Positions 12,666 to 26,489 of a DNA stretch of 64,000 bases are shown here, one piece after another. The stretch lies in NCBI GenBank assembly GCA_030390025.1, contig CM059432.1, positions 88,786,001-88,850,000 on the forward strand. Direction: 5' to 3'. The notes below the pieces were generated by a model. The model was given only the letters and a program-made list of their open reading frames with translations. It was not told the origin of the DNA and searched no databases. Each line of letters begins with the position of its first letter. Position 1 is the first letter of the stretch. The stretch is from Squalus acanthias. Taxonomy: Eukaryota. A program made the position numbers and the translations under genes.

Positions 12666-13668
12666 GAACATAACATAAGAACATAACATAAGAAATAGGA
12701 GCAGGAATAGGCCATTCGGCCCTTCAACCATGCTCCGCCATTCAATGAGATCACAGCTCATCTTCTGCCTCAACTCCATTCACCAGCTCTATCGCCATAT
12801 CCCTTGATGCCTTTACTAGTCAGAAATCTATCGACTTCTGTTTTGAATATACCCAATGACTGAGCCTCCACAGCCCTCTGGGGTAGAGAATTCCAAAGAT
12901 TCACCACCCTCTGTGTGAAGAAATTTCTTCTCATCTCAGTCCTGAATGGCCTACCCTTTATCCTGAGGCTGTGGCCCCTGGTTCTAAACTCCCCAGCCAA
13001 GGGAAATATTCTCCCAGCATCCACCCTATCAAGCCCTGTAATAATTTTGAATGCTTCAATGAGATCCCCTCTCATTCTTCTGAATTCAAGAGAATACAGG
13101 CCGAGTTTACTCAATCTCTTCTCATATGACAGTCCTGCCATCCCAGGAATCAATCTCGTGAACCTTCGTTGCACTCCCTCTATGGCAAGTATATCCTTCC
13201 TTAGGTAAGGAGACCAAAATTATACACAGTACTCCAGGTGTGGTCTCACCAAGGCCCTATATAATTGGAGTAAGACTTCTTTACTCCTGTACTCAAATCC
13301 TCTTGTAATGAAGGCCAGCATACCATTTGCCTTCCTAATGGCTTGCTGCACCTGCACATTCACTTTCAGTGACTCATGTACAAGGACACCCAGGTCCCTT
13401 TGAGCATCTGCATTCCCCAATCTTTCACCATTTAGAAAATACTCAGCCTTTCTGTTTTTTCTACCAAAGTGGATAACTTCACATTTATCCACATTATATT
13501 CCATCTGCCATGTTCTCGCCCACTCACTGAGCCTGTCGAGATCCCCTTGAAGCTTCTTCACATCCTCTTCGCAACTGACACTGCCACCTAGCTTTGTATC
13601 ATCAGCAAATTTGGAAATGTTACATTTAGTCCCCTCATCCAAATCATTGATATAGATTGTGAATAGCA
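12665..13668 (-). mobile_element. CR1 LINE 3' ~1 kb (RT C-terminus)
   Basis: ORFs 13220..13684 ([10 protein letters not shown]...[10 protein letters not shown]) and 12770..13174, with an (aacataag)n tail. Confidence 0.95.
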
Positions 13669-13989
13669 ATATATATATATGCAAGTCTTTCTTTCTTACT
13701 TTCTTTCTTTTTAAACATTGAACCCTTCCAGGGGACTCCCTCTACTAACAACAGAAAGACAATGTTAGTGACCAAAAGGAAACAGTGTAAAAGTTTCAGA
13801 AAATCCATCGTGTTAACACATACAGCAATAGAAATAACATGCAAGTTAATAAATACAGACATGCAATGATAGATTGGAAGAAGTCTGATGAACTCACAGC
13901 CCCCTTCCCACCCAAAGGTCCAGTTTGAAAATCTGTGCTGTAGGCTAATAGAATTAACAATAATGGACTGGAATAAAAAGAGGTGTAAG

Positions 13990-14570
13990 TTATTTTACAG
14001 CTGTACAGAGCTCTCGTTAGACCCCATCTGGAATATTGCCTTCAGTTCTGGGCACCGCACCTCAGGAAGCATATATTGGTCTTGGAGGGTGTGTAGCGCA
14101 GATTCACCAGAATGATACTGTGGTTAAAAAAGTTCTGAGGACAGGTTGCATAGACTAGGCTTGTATTCCCTTGAATATAGAAGATTAAGAGCTGATCTAA
14201 TTAAGGTGTTTAAGATTATCAAAGGAGTTGATAGAGTAGATAGAGAGAAACTATTTCCTCTGGTGTGGGAGTCCAGAACAAGGGGGCATAACCTTAAAAT
14301 TAGAGCTAGGCTATTCAGGGGTGGTGTCAGGAAGAACTTCTTCACACAAAGGGTAGTAGAAATCTGGAACTCTTGCCCCGAAACAGCTGTTGCAGCTAGG
14401 TCAATTGAAAATTTCAAAACTGATAGCTAGATTTTTGTTAGGCAAGTGTATTAAGGGTTACAGAACCAAAGCGGGTAGATGGAGTTAAGATACAGATCAG
14501 CCATGATCTCATTGAATGGCGGAACAGGCTCAAGGGGATAAATGGCCTACTCCTGTTCCTATGTTCCTAA
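13990..14570 (+). mobile_element. CR1 LINE 3' fragment
   Basis: ORF 14146..14430 (RLGLYSLEYRRLRADLI...KNFFTQRVVEIWN) followed by the CR1 3' UTR. Confidence 0.9.
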
Positions 14571-17500
14571 TGTAATGCTTTGTAGTATCAATTTTTGAAT
14601 AAGAAATGAATACTAAGTATTTTTGCATATAGATCTATCCTTATAATCCGCGTAAGCAAATAAACCACAATCTTTCCAATTACAAAACCATACCAACTGA
14701 TTAAGAATCCTTTGCAAACAATAGGATTAATTTTCCTGTGCTTAGCACCCAGGAAACACTTACGTAGATTTTAACTTTCACCGTCGGCTGGCAAACCAGC
14801 ACTAGCAGATCAGCCGCCCATTGTACACTTGGTTCCTATCCACTGATGGAAAGGAAAATTGCTCGAGGCGTATAACGTGCAGTCGATCTGCTACCGCCGG
14901 TTTTCCACCGGTGGTGAAAATTAAACTCTACCCCACTTATTCAAAAGTGTTAAGTATGGGAAATAGGGACTGGGACCCGTAACACGTGACGTCTGCCTTC
15001 TTCATGTTGCCAAGGGATTTCTGGGGCTTCCCCTGAGGATAAGAGGTGGATTATCTAGACTAGCAATAGAGAGATGCCCAGAAGAAACAGGCCTTATGGA
15101 CGCATGCCAAACCCCATTCCAATTGGAGGATCAGAGAGAGGTGGGCAATGGTCCTGGAAGTAAGTCTCTTATCTGCTTTTCAGGGATGACAGGCCATGAA
15201 ACAGCTGTTTTTAGACAGGCCCCAACTATGGTAGAGTTTCTTCCCTGACTTCCAAGCACTAGGCCCTGCCAGGGGTCAGGCCTATACCAGAGAGGCAACC
15301 AAGTCATTCAAATGACCCAGCCCACCAAATTCAGTTGTGCACAGTCCTGGGCAGCTGCAGCACACTTCAGCAATACTCTGCCTGTCCGGTACCGAGGCAG
15401 AAGGGAGCTAGGAAAATGGGCTCCAATTTTCAAATTGTCAAAAATAGGAAACATACTGAGAGGGAACTTGGTCCTTGTTGCAGCCATTCTCTGGGAGTAA
15501 AAGTAACAATGACCAATTTTGGGGCACAGGATCTGCACCTGGGGTACAGGCACCGCCATATTCATGAAGGCAGTTCCCAGGCATCTGTGGCGCCTGCCTG
15601 AAGTAAGCATTAGGCTCCTTGCATATATAAATGAGGGGCCTAACACTGGCTTCAGGACCTCTCCAGAAAATTCGGCAGCAACAAGCCTGCTCTGCTGAGC
15701 AACACCTGGTCTACATGTGGCCAAGCCAGCTGGAGGACGCCGTCAAAATTGTAAGTTTTTTTTTTACACATCCCTTGATGTGGAACTGGCAGGAGCACTA
15801 CTGCGGGCCGCTGCTGGCCTGTGCTCGGCGCCCCTTCCCATTCTTCCTCCTTCCCAGGAAATACTTGCAGGGTGCTGTTGGTGAGGCAGCCAGCCCAAAT
15901 TGGATTCGGGCAGCTTTCCGCTATTTTTACAATGAGGCCTATCTTCTGCAGCACCGCAGGCTTCCTGGTTCCGGCCTGCGTGGAAGTGCGTTGTCAGTTC
16001 GGTGCCCAAAATGGGTTATAACAAACTTTTACTCCATTATCTATTATGTATAAATTTAGAAGAATACGATTGAAGTGGTTTCATTTTTTTTCTAATTGAT
16101 AATTAAAATATAAATGTTCTGTATTCCTATAAGGTTAGTTTTGAAAAAATAGCTATGCTTCAGACATCAGAATGGTTACATTTCTTTTCGTTTCAACAAA
16201 TTTATTAAGCAAAGCTCAGTTACTTGTTTAGCATGACTATCACAATAATATTTAATCAGCACAATATCTTTGGTGGATATCCCAGTGGCGTTGGGAAACT
16301 CCCTGGATTAGGATGCAAGTTCCTTTCGCTAGTCCAGCTGTTCAAGTGTAGCTGATCTCCTTATCTTAAATACTCCCACCATGTATCCCCATCAGGAAAT
16401 ACTGAAGAAAAAATGTCAATGACAGTCCTTTCACCACCTAAAATATGAATAAGTCAGCAGTATCACATTTTTCAATGAAGAATATCCTGTATGTCTTACT
16501 TCACAAAACATGTGCACAAGTCTTAGGATTTGTTTTAAGAAGCAAAAATAAATCGCAGCTTTTAACGTCAATATTTTTTTATTGTTTTGATGTGATATAA
16601 AATGTCATGTGACCTGGTGGGATGGTATGGCTTGTTTTCTCACTGTGACGAAGGATGGATTTAAATAACATGAATATAATTGCGAAGTTGAATTATTCAC
16701 CTTAAACCACTGTGGGATATTTTTATTAAATTTAGCAGGTATGTCAAGGGACATAGGAGAGGCACAAAACCACAGACTGTCTAGTGAAACTCTTCAAGGG
16801 GAAGGTGATGGAGGCTTAATCTTGATCAGTCCTTCTATACAGTATTTATCCTTTCATTTTTGGAGCACAATGTTATGGCTGCTAAACATGGAGACATGCA
16901 TAATTTTTATATATATGCAAACCAGAATGTGACCAGCTGTCAGTCTCTGGGCACTGTTCCTTTTCAGAAGCTGCTCCTTCACTGAAGTACCTTATTTATA
17001 CTGAGTGCTTCAATTAGTAATCAGTCAGTGAATCTGCATTGGTGGATCGAGTGGAAATGTCCCATTTACATTGCTGGGTCTCCAGGGGACAGCTTTGCAG
17101 CTATAATTAATTTTTTTGTGCATGTGCATGGCTGTGAGCACATGAGCATGGAGATGTATAGACTTGCTGAAAAAAAAATCTAGTCTAGAAAGTAGATTAT
17201 TATTCGGGCGAAAAATAGACACTGCCAGACCCAATATGGCGTGTGGTGTGCACGCATTCAATCCGCGCCAGAGATGTGCTGGTCGCCTTATTGGTGAGGA
17301 TGTCCTGCCGTTGTCCAGCGTGTCTGCCTGAAGCTGGTGTTAGGTCCTTTGCTTATGCAAATAGCGGCCTACCACCTGTTTCAGGCCCGTTTGTGAAGTT
17401 TGATTACGACTGACTGCAGTGTGCACGACGCAGGCTGCGGTCAGTTTTTTTCAAGCACACAGCTGCCAAACCAGTGTTCCTTAAAGGGAGAATTGGAGGC

Positions 17501-18191
17501 TGCCTCCTACAAGATAAGTTTCAAGTTGTTAACTTACCCTAATGTGGAGCCAGGAGGAGCAGGAGTGACTCCACATTAAAATCACAGACCGCTGCCGGCC
17601 ACTGCTCAACCTTCTCCCAATTGCCTCTGCCGCTCCCCGCCCCCCCCAGGTCCATACTCACCTGAGGCCCTGAATTCACCCCCCCTCCACATCTGGTGAG
17701 CTGTTTCTGGGGCCCATGGCTTGCTAGTACTATCCTAATGAGACCGGCAGACCAATTGGCTGTGGTCCTGCCACCAGTCTAATTGGGCACGGGCAGTTTG
17801 CGCCACACCAGGATTGCGCCTGGTTCAATCCAATTTCTAGCTCTCTGTTTGTTGTAAATGGTACCAAAGTGAAAGGATGCAATGAGCAAAGTGCAGTTGA
17901 TTCAGTGGGTGGAACACTAGGTGCTGTGGGAAGAACAGAAGAATAGTGTCAAATTTACAAAGGTTGGCTATGTTCGACTGTGTCTGAATTAGTCCAAGCA
18001 TAAAACTTACTACACAGGTCGGTTTGGTTTATTTGTCAGTTTTATTCCGGCAGTTTGAGGTCAAATTAAGGTAGCTGTTGGGTCAATTTCAAGATATGAT
18101 TTGCCAATGTAAATTAGGTAAAATTTTACAGCACTCTTGGGTCATCTCTCAGTAGGGGGCACCTTAACTAGCCCCCAGTTTAAGATGATCT

Positions 18192-21100
18192 GGCCGCGAA
18201 ATTAGCGCCGATAGCTATGGCCGGTATTGAAAAATATGAAATCTGACTCGCTTTCGCCCACTTTCGACGTGGCCCGTGCTGTTCACCATCTTGACGAGGG
18301 CGGTAGCACGGGCGGTAAACGCATGCGCCGGTAGTATGCAGAGTAGGCAGATCGTGACGCCCGGCTTGCCATTTTGGACACAGCGCTCCATTCAACGCCT
18401 CTCCTAAACATGCACAGCTGAACGTGCGTTCAGCTGCACGAGGGTCCCCCACACCAGTGCTATTTAACGGAAAACATCCAACTTGTAGGTAAGTTGATTA
18501 TTTCTCTTGTTCTGGCTCTTGCAGAGTTTGTAGGAGTACTGGGTTGCTGGAAGACATTTCAAAAGTTGTTAAAGTGTGCAGGGAGTGCTGCTGGACGGGA
18601 AAGCGTTGGCTGCTACTGAAAGGCCTCTGACTACACCACTTGCTCTAGCTGCAGTCCCCTTCGTGATGCAGCATGACAGGGAGATGGAACAGAGGCAGCA
18701 AAGCAGACAAGCTGCTCACAGAGGGAGGAGGAGGAAGTGGGGGAGGAGGGCTCTCAACAGGAGGCTTTACCCACCTATGGTCTTCAGGAAGCACTTCTCC
18801 TACCTGCACCTAAGCCAGGAGCAGTGTATTACAAGGCTCCGCTTCACCAAGGAGGCCTCTCGAAACCAAACCTGCAGCCTCAGAACAGTGGGCAACAGCT
18901 CTGCCAGAGGCGCTCAAGGTGACCCTGAATTTTTTCGCCAGCGGATCCTTCCAGGATGGAACAGGCGACATAGCAAACATCTCGCAGTTTGCTATCCATC
19001 ACTGCATCCGGGAGGTCACAGATGCTCTGTACTCTAGGAGAGGGGACTTTATTGTTGAAGCAGGAGGAGTGGGCACATGGCTTTGCCAGACTGCACACAC
19101 ATGGCCTTGTGGGCGCCGCATCTCAATGGTGAGATCATCCATAACCGCGATGGCAGGGTGCCATCGACTGCACACACATGGCCTTGTGGGCGCCGCATCT
19201 CAATGGTGAGATCATCCATAACCGCGAAGGCTACCACTCACTTAATGTGCAGTTCATGTGCAACCACGCCCAGCACATCACATCATGATGGTGAATGCCT
19301 GGTATCCTGCCGGCAGCCATGATGCCTTCATCCTGCGCCAGTCCACTGTGACAGCGATCTTCCAGCCACCACGTCGAACCCGAACCTCCATGGAGCCACT
19401 GGCACTCCCCCATAGGTGGCGCCTCAGTAATCCTAGTAATCTATTGGAGGACAGATTGCTCGACTGCTGTGATACCCTGCAAGCTCCTTTCCACACTGGT
19501 AAACGCAGCCACGATGGCAGCCACCTGACCTTGCATGGAAGCAAGTTGAGCCTGCATCAGAGCACACTCACACGTAGGGTCGCTTCCCTTTGTGCTGCAA
19601 TGGAAGCTGAGACATCGCCCATCAGACACTGCATCATGGTTAGGTCTACAAGTGCTCTAATGGAGTTGCCCATCACTTCCATCCTGGAAATCATAGGCTC
19701 CAAGCTCTGCACAAAGCATGGTTGGAGCTGAACTCCTCCATGTTCCTTGACCGTGACAACAGGTGTGCCAATGCACCAAGCATTTCTGTGTGCATGCCCA
19801 TCACTCTTCGTCTGAAGGCCGCCCCATCAAAGTTCTCCTCTGAGTCCTCTACAGCAGAACTCGTGTGCGACCTCGCCCTCCGGGGAGCTGGCACCTGTGC
19901 TACCCTTTCCCTTTGCCTTGGCTGCAGGCCACTTGTGCCCGGTGACTCACCATGTGCAGATCCCATCTCTATACTACCCTCTAAAGTACGTGCAATGCCA
20001 GTTTCTGAGCTGGTGCCTGGGAGTGTCAGATCGAGTGACGGTGTCTCTTCTTCTCCATCACTCTCCTCTTCCTGCACTGGCTGGACTGGTTGGAGTTCTT
20101 GGGTATCTGAAAGGAGAAAGGTACAAGGCTCGGGTTGTGTTGAGGGGAGTGCGGGGGGGGAAGCAAGTTGTACATGCTTACATCATCAGCAGCTTGTAAG
20201 TGAGAAGAGATTGTGGGATGAGGGGAAAGTGGGATGTGAGAACAAAGATTATATATTAGCATACCATCATCATTTCAGCCTCGCCGATCACCACAGCCTC
20301 AGTGACGGCCCCTCTAATGATATCTAGCACTGACTCCTCCAACTGGGTCCGGTTATGTAGCCTGTCCTCCGCCGGTTAGCTGCTGGTGTCACCGTTTGTG
20401 CGCCACCTTGCCCTGCAAGAGAAAAGGAAGTGTGTCAGTGAGTGTGGTGTAATGTGTTTGGGTGAAGTGGCTGCCATAGTTGATTAGCTGGCCTTGTATG
20501 CAAGCTGTGAGATGTGGGTGTGAGGCTTGCAGCAGTGGTAAGTGTGTGAGGATGAGATGGAGCATATGAATGTGAGGTATGAGTCGTGATTGCTAGAGAT
20601 TGTTGGTAGGTGAGTGATGGGGGTGTGGTGCATTGAGCAGTGTGTGAGGCTAGTGATGCAGTCAGTGGGATATGGCATTTGAAGATGCATTCACTGACCT
20701 TGACCACTCATGTGAGGTCATCAAATTTTTTTCGGCACTGGATCCAGGTCCTGGGGGAAAGACTGGTGGCACTGACCACTTCAGCTATCTGCTCCCACTG
20801 CCTTCGTACAGTCAGTCTGGAGGGCCTCCTAGCCCCTTGCGGGTAGAGGACCTGTCTCCTCCTTTCTACCCCCTGTACTAAGGCTCCAGTGCTGCATCTG
20901 AGAACCAAGGTACCCTTTCTCTGCCCTGCTGAGCCATGGCAACCTTACAGTTTCTTTTACAGCAATTACAATGAAATCCTTATTTCAGAAAGCGCCTCCC
21001 CTTTAAGAAGTGCAGACAGTATTTCAAGCTGCAGGCTAGCTTTAAATAGAGATCACTTCCCACAAACTTCGGCCCCCTGCTATGCACTCAGACAACCAGC

Positions 21101-21214
21101 AGCGCTGGGCTGAGCACATCAATCATCTAAATTAGTAGACAGCACGAATGTCGCGTGCATTATTTGCATTACTTTCATCGATCCTGTTTATGGGCCTTAT
21201 CAAGTTTTTAGCCC
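18192..21214. mobile_element. Decayed, internally deleted Harbinger element (transposase +, Myb -)
   Basis: Transposase remnants at 18640-19370 ([24 protein letters not shown]). Myb on - at 19380-20908 (RQWEQIAEVV...RTWIQCRKKFDDL). TIRs are weak, with TCT on both flanks. Confidence 0.8.
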
Positions 21215-23628
21215 TCTCTCTTTCTCTCAATAGGTGATAACTTGAAGACCCAAGTCAAAGGGCAGCCACAGGTGCATTGCCATTGTAAAATATGTACATA
21301 TGCCTTATCATTTGTTAAAAGAAAAGCAACTTTTATTTTTAGATTTTTTTTTCTTGTCTTCATCTGACAGTAAGGAAATGTCTGAGATCTAGAGGTAGTG
21401 TGGTGTGTTCTCTCACTCTCTCCAAGGAGCATATGTCAAATGGTCTCCCGAATCTTGCTTGATTGCCTTGGGGGATCAAAGCATTTCCCAGAGTGTTTCC
21501 TGAATTGTCCACAGATTTTTGTCTTACTCGGGAGATGGTGCTGCCAAGGGGTGGATGGGTCGTGTGAATGGTTGCAATGCTGACTGAATATGGCTGCATG
21601 ATGGGCATAGAACTATAGAATTGTACAGCATAGAAGGGGGACATCTGACCCATCGGCTCTTTGCTAGAGCAATCTAGAACCAATACCACTGCACTGCTCT
21701 CATCCCATTGCCCTGTATCTTCCTCTACTTCAAATTGTTATCCAATTTTCCATTAAAAGGTGCCACATCCGAGAACCTCATTGATGCTCTAAAAATAATG
21801 GAAATTCACTGTATCTGTATTTTACTGAGGTTTTCAGGTCAAATTCTAGGCCCTAAAAAAAGCCCTTCCTGGGTATTAATTTATCTTTCCTAAAGTGGTA
21901 ATATACTTATTTGAGATTGTTTCAGATAGTTGTATTTTTTACTTTTTACGTTTTATATCCATTTTGGCTGTTGCATTTCTTTACTCTTTTGTTTTTGACT
22001 TCTTTTCCTGTTTCTGGTTTGCGTAATTTTTCACATCGTAGCATTTCAGTGAGTTTAAATATCATTCTTAGTAGTCCAATACGATAAGCTGTTCGACAGC
22101 ACCTCTCAAACTCGCGACCTGTAAGGGGGCGTGTCTCAGACGGTGCTGGTGCGAGGTTAGGCCTTCGTTGCCTAATACTATTGCTTGCTCTGGTCTCCGG
22201 CCAGCCTTATTGCAATAAGCACCTGTGAGTGCTTCGACCCACTCGCCCTTACGGTTCTAACACTGGACTTAGGTGCAGGGAGCAGTAATGCAGAGAAAAA
22301 CTCAAATAGACCCGGTTGAATAGTACGAAATGGAAATCTTTATTGCATGGCGTCTAAAATCATGAAATACATGTCATAGGCGCAAATCAACGATAGTACA
22401 AGTATACATACATTCATAAAGCTTGGTCTGTGGAAATGGAGAACACACGGAACATCGTAGAAAGGGGAACACATTATATCTTAACCTTATTAAAACACCC
22501 TCCCTTAATAATACCTACACTACGTCTAGATTTGTAGGATTGGAAAACATGCTCACCACTCGTGTTACTTCGGAGATTTTTAAAGTGAGGCACTCAGCTC
22601 GTTTCGCTGCAGCGCCTAACTGTCACGTGTTTGGAAGGGTCTCTGTACCCCACTTGTTTATTTTTGCTGCTGCGACAAGCAGGCCAGACTCCCTGTTGTC
22701 ATGAAGAACTCGACGGACCTCGGACACAGTTCAAAGAAGAGTCTTCCTGTGCTCGACACCGGTTGTCGGTAGACGTCAATGAAAAGTTCTTTATTTATAT
22801 TTTCGGGTGCGGTCGGGGTTTACTGACCATGGCGGCACGTGGATTCTTCTCCTCTTCTTCTCGTCTCGTCTCGTCTCTTCGGGCCTCCGGGTCCAGACAC
22901 CGTTTACCAACACTCGGGATGGTGTACCCTGTTACTTGCCCTTGTCGGGGCGGCTCGTTCCGATTGAGCTCCACCCAACACTTGAATAACCGACCAGTAC
23001 GGCTAAGAGTCAAGAGTCAACAGAGTCCAGAGAGAAAATCAAAAGCTCACCAGTCAAGCGAGTCCATGAAGCGGCAAGCGAATAAGAGTTCAGCAGTCAG
23101 CAGCGAGATAAGAGAATAAGAGTTCAGCCCGAGTCAAGAATCAGCAGAGATAAGGGCCACCCGGGAGAATAAGAGTCGAATCAAGAGAGCGATGGACATT
23201 TGTTCTCTATAGTTATAGTGCTGTGTCCCCTTATCTCCCGCTCAAATCTTAATGTTTGTCCTTTGTGTAATATTGGCGCACAAAACTCCCAGCATGGGGC
23301 GGTTGTCTTCTTTAACGGGTTTTGGTAGCACCTGAAACTGGCCAACTATCCGTTAATGTATTCCCCATTGTTGACCCAGCCAGGATGTGTATGAATCGTC
23401 TCCCTGACTGGTTTTGGGGGCCCCCGAATACTTGCTTAATCACCCGTCGATGTCTCTCTCATTGTAGAGCCGGGGGGGTATTTGTGTATTGATGTGTCTG
23501 GATGGGCCTTCGATTGCCCAGTACAATGATCCTTACTTGTGCATGGAAAACGATTCCAGCACTTATATCTTTGCTATTGTTTCAAATGCAAACGGATTGC
23601 ATCCTGTCTTTATCAGTGTTTACCGAGT

Positions 23629-26268
23629 ATGATCCAATCTTATACTAAATGTATATTCGACACCATCTTGTCTGCCCACTGTGTTTCTGGAAGCTTCTGC
23701 CACGATGCTCAGTGGCCATTTTACAGGCTTCAGATCACGAACCCACTCAAGTCGACATACAACACAGACTACGCTGAGAGACTTTGCCGTCGTACCTCTC
23801 GCACACTCCTCAACCATCTCGTACACCAGCTCTACAGCAGACGTCGCAACCTCGAAACCAAGATAGAGTCCATGCTCTCAGCCTGTGCTCAGGACACAGC
23901 AGACCAGCTACGAGACACCGCCAAACAGACGAGGCAACGGAACTACGCTGCCTACATGCGCATCAAGAACAGGAAGCTTGAGAAACTCGGCGTAACCACC
24001 AGCTACAACCAAGCCTCCCCCGGTACCACGGTTGCAACCACAGGGAAGTCCATCGTCAACCTGTCGGACCACACCCTTCAACCAGACGAAATCGAAGTTC
24101 TCGCCCTAGGGCTCAAGTTCTGCCCCACCACCAAAATGGACCCCATCGGTCTCGCGGCGGACACAGAGGAATTCATCAGGAGAATGAGGATCCGGGAATA
24201 CTACCACAAATCCCAAGATGTCAGCAACATTCCTAATGGGACAATCAATGATCCGGAACAGCAGGCAGTGCTACAACCGAGGAAGAAAGAGTCAAATTGG
24301 ACCCCTCCGGAGGGTCGCAACCCTAAGCTTGACATGTATGCTCAAGCTGTCAGGAAATGCATCAACGCCAGATTCATCAGCCGTACTCACAAGACAGTCC
24401 AGAATGTCACCCGAGCACAACGCAACGCCATCCACGCACTCAAGACCAACCGCAACATCGTCATCAAACCAGCGGACAAAGGAGGAGCCATCGTCATACA
24501 GAACAGAATGGACTATTGCAAAGAAGCATACCGACAACTGGACAACCAGGAACACTACAGACAGCTACCCGCAGATCCGACCAAAGAACACACCCGCCAA
24601 CTCAATAGACTGATCAAGACCTTCGATCCAGACCTTCAAAACATCCTACGCGCTCTCATCCCACGTACTCCCCGCGTAGGAGACTTTTACTGCCTCCCAA
24701 AGATACACAAAGCCAACACACCCGGACGTCCTATCGTATCAGGCAACGGAACCCTGTGTGAGAACCTCTCTGGGTACGTCGAGGGCATCCTGAAACCCAT
24801 CGTACAGGGAACCCCCAGCTTCTGTCGCGACACTACAGACTTCTTGCAGAAACTCAGCACCCATGGACCAGTTGAACCAGGAACACTCCTCGTCACAATG
24901 GACGTATCGGCACTCTACACCAATATCCCCCACAATGACGGCATCGCTGCGACAGCCTCAGTACTCAACACCAACAACAGCCAATCTCCGGACGCCATCC
25001 TACAACTCATCCGCTTCATCCTTGACCACAATGTCTTCACCTTCGACAACCATTTTTTTACCCAAACACACGGAACAGCCATGGGGACCAAATTCGAACC
25101 CCAATATGCCAACATCTTCATGCACAAGTTCGAGCAAGACTTCTTCGCTGCACAGGACCTCCAACCAACGCTGTACACCAGATACATCGACGACATCTTC
25201 TTCCTTTGGACCCACGGCGAAGGATCACTGAAAGGACTACACGATAGCAACAACAGATTCCATCCCACCATCAAACTCACCATGGACTACTCCTCAGAAT
25301 CGGTTTCATTCTTGGACACACGAATCTCCATCAAAGACGGACGCCTCAGCACTTCACTCTACCGCAAGCCCACGGACAACCTCACGATGCTCCACTTCTC
25401 CAGCTTCCACCCTAACCACGTTAAAGAAGCCATCCCCTATGGACAAGCCCTGCGAATACACAGGATCTGCTCAGACGAGGAGGAACGCGATGGACACCTA
25501 CGGACACTGAAAGACGCCCTCGTAAGAACGGGATATGACGCTCGACTCGTCGATCGACAGTTCCGACGGGCCACAGCGAAAAACCGCATAGACCTCCTCA
25601 GAAGACGAACACGGGACACAACCAACAGAGTACCCTACGTCGTCCAGTACTTCTCCGGAGCGGAAAAACTACGCCATGTTCTTCGCAGCCTTCAACATGT
25701 CATCGATGACGACGAACACCTTGCTAAGGCCATCCCCACGCCTCCACTACTCGCTTTCAAGCAGCCGCCTAACCTCAAAAGTACCATCGTTCGCAGCAGA
25801 TTACCCATCTTTCAGGCGAACAGCAACCAAGACACCACACAACCCTGCCACGGCAACCTCTGCAAGACATGCCAAATCATGGACACAGATACCATCATCA
25901 CACGTGAGGACACTACCCACCAGGTACACGGTACATACTCATGTGACTCGGCCAACGTTGTCTACCTGATACGTTGCAGTAAAGGATGCTCCAGAGCATG
26001 GTACATCGGCGAGACCATGCAGACACTGAGACAACATATGAACGGGCACCGCGCAACAATCGCCAGGCAGGAGGGTTGCCTCCCAGTCGGGGAACACTTC
26101 AGCAGCCAGGGGCATTCAGCCTCGGATATGCGGGTAAGCGTTCTCCAAGGCGGCCTTCGAAATACACGACAGCGCAAAATCATAGAGCAGAAACTGATAG
26201 CCAAGTTCCGCACTCATGAGGAGGGCCTCAATCGCGATATCGGGTTCATGTCACGATACAGAACGTGA
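23629..26268 (+). CDS. Penelope-like element polyprotein (RT + GIY-YIG endonuclease, Neptune-like Cys linker); 5'-truncated, N-terminus drawn from LTR sequence
   Basis: Uninterrupted ORF with IKPADKGGA, YCLPKIHK, DVSALYTNI, GTAMGT, RYIDDIF, CHGNLCKTC and NVVYLIRC...WYIGET. The track's start at 23539 is GTG; the first ATG is 23629. Penelope sequence proper starts at ~23731. Confidence 0.92.
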   Translation: MIQSYTKCIFDTILSAHCVSGSFCHDAQWPFYRLQITNPLKSTYNTDYAERLCRRTSRTLLNHLVHQLYSRRRNLETKIESMLSACAQDTADQLRDTAKQTRQRNYAAYMRIKNRKLEKLGVTTSYNQASPGTTVATTGKSIVNLSDHTLQPDEIEVLALGLKFCPTTKMDPIGLAADTEEFIRRMRIREYYHKSQDVSNIPNGTINDPEQQAVLQPRKKESNWTPPEGRNPKLDMYAQAVRKCINARFISRTHKTVQNVTRAQRNAIHALKTNRNIVIKPADKGGAIVIQNRMDYCKEAYRQLDNQEHYRQLPADPTKEHTRQLNRLIKTFDPDLQNILRALIPRTPRVGDFYCLPKIHKANTPGRPIVSGNGTLCENLSGYVEGILKPIVQGTPSFCRDTTDFLQKLSTHGPVEPGTLLVTMDVSALYTNIPHNDGIAATASVLNTNNSQSPDAILQLIRFILDHNVFTFDNHFFTQTHGTAMGTKFEPQYANIFMHKFEQDFFAAQDLQPTLYTRYIDDIFFLWTHGEGSLKGLHDSNNRFHPTIKLTMDYSSESVSFLDTRISIKDGRLSTSLYRKPTDNLTMLHFSSFHPNHVKEAIPYGQALRIHRICSDEEERDGHLRTLKDALVRTGYDARLVDRQFRRATAKNRIDLLRRRTRDTTNRVPYVVQYFSGAEKLRHVLRSLQHVIDDDEHLAKAIPTPPLLAFKQPPNLKSTIVRSRLPIFQANSNQDTTQPCHGNLCKTCQIMDTDTIITREDTTHQVHGTYSCDSANVVYLIRCSKGCSRAWYIGETMQTLRQHMNGHRATIARQEGCLPVGEHFSSQGHSASDMRVSVLQGGLRNTRQRKIIEQKLIAKFRTHEEGLNRDIGFMSRYRT

Positions 26269-26489
26269 CTTGACATCATGGCCGGTCTTCCCAGGTGTTT
26301 TTTTTAAAAAAGGCTAACACAAGAACCTACACAGATTGACAGGATATGCAGCCAGCAGGTGGTTTGACACGTTGGACCCCCTGGGACACATCTCATTGTC
26401 TTGGCTATGCTCTTTGATGTGGGAAAGATTTGAATATATTTTGTCTGTGTTTAAATTGTGAATTCTGGGAGATTCTCTCACTGCTAAAC

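Noticed and set aside
16200..16440. Possible host exon on - (acceptor near 16438, GGERTVIDIF...WWEYLR*)
   Set aside because: All frames hit stops early, I recognise no protein, and there are no partner exons.
19089..19228. ~78-bp tandem duplication in a transposase remnant
   Set aside because: A local duplication in a dead copy with no sign of function.
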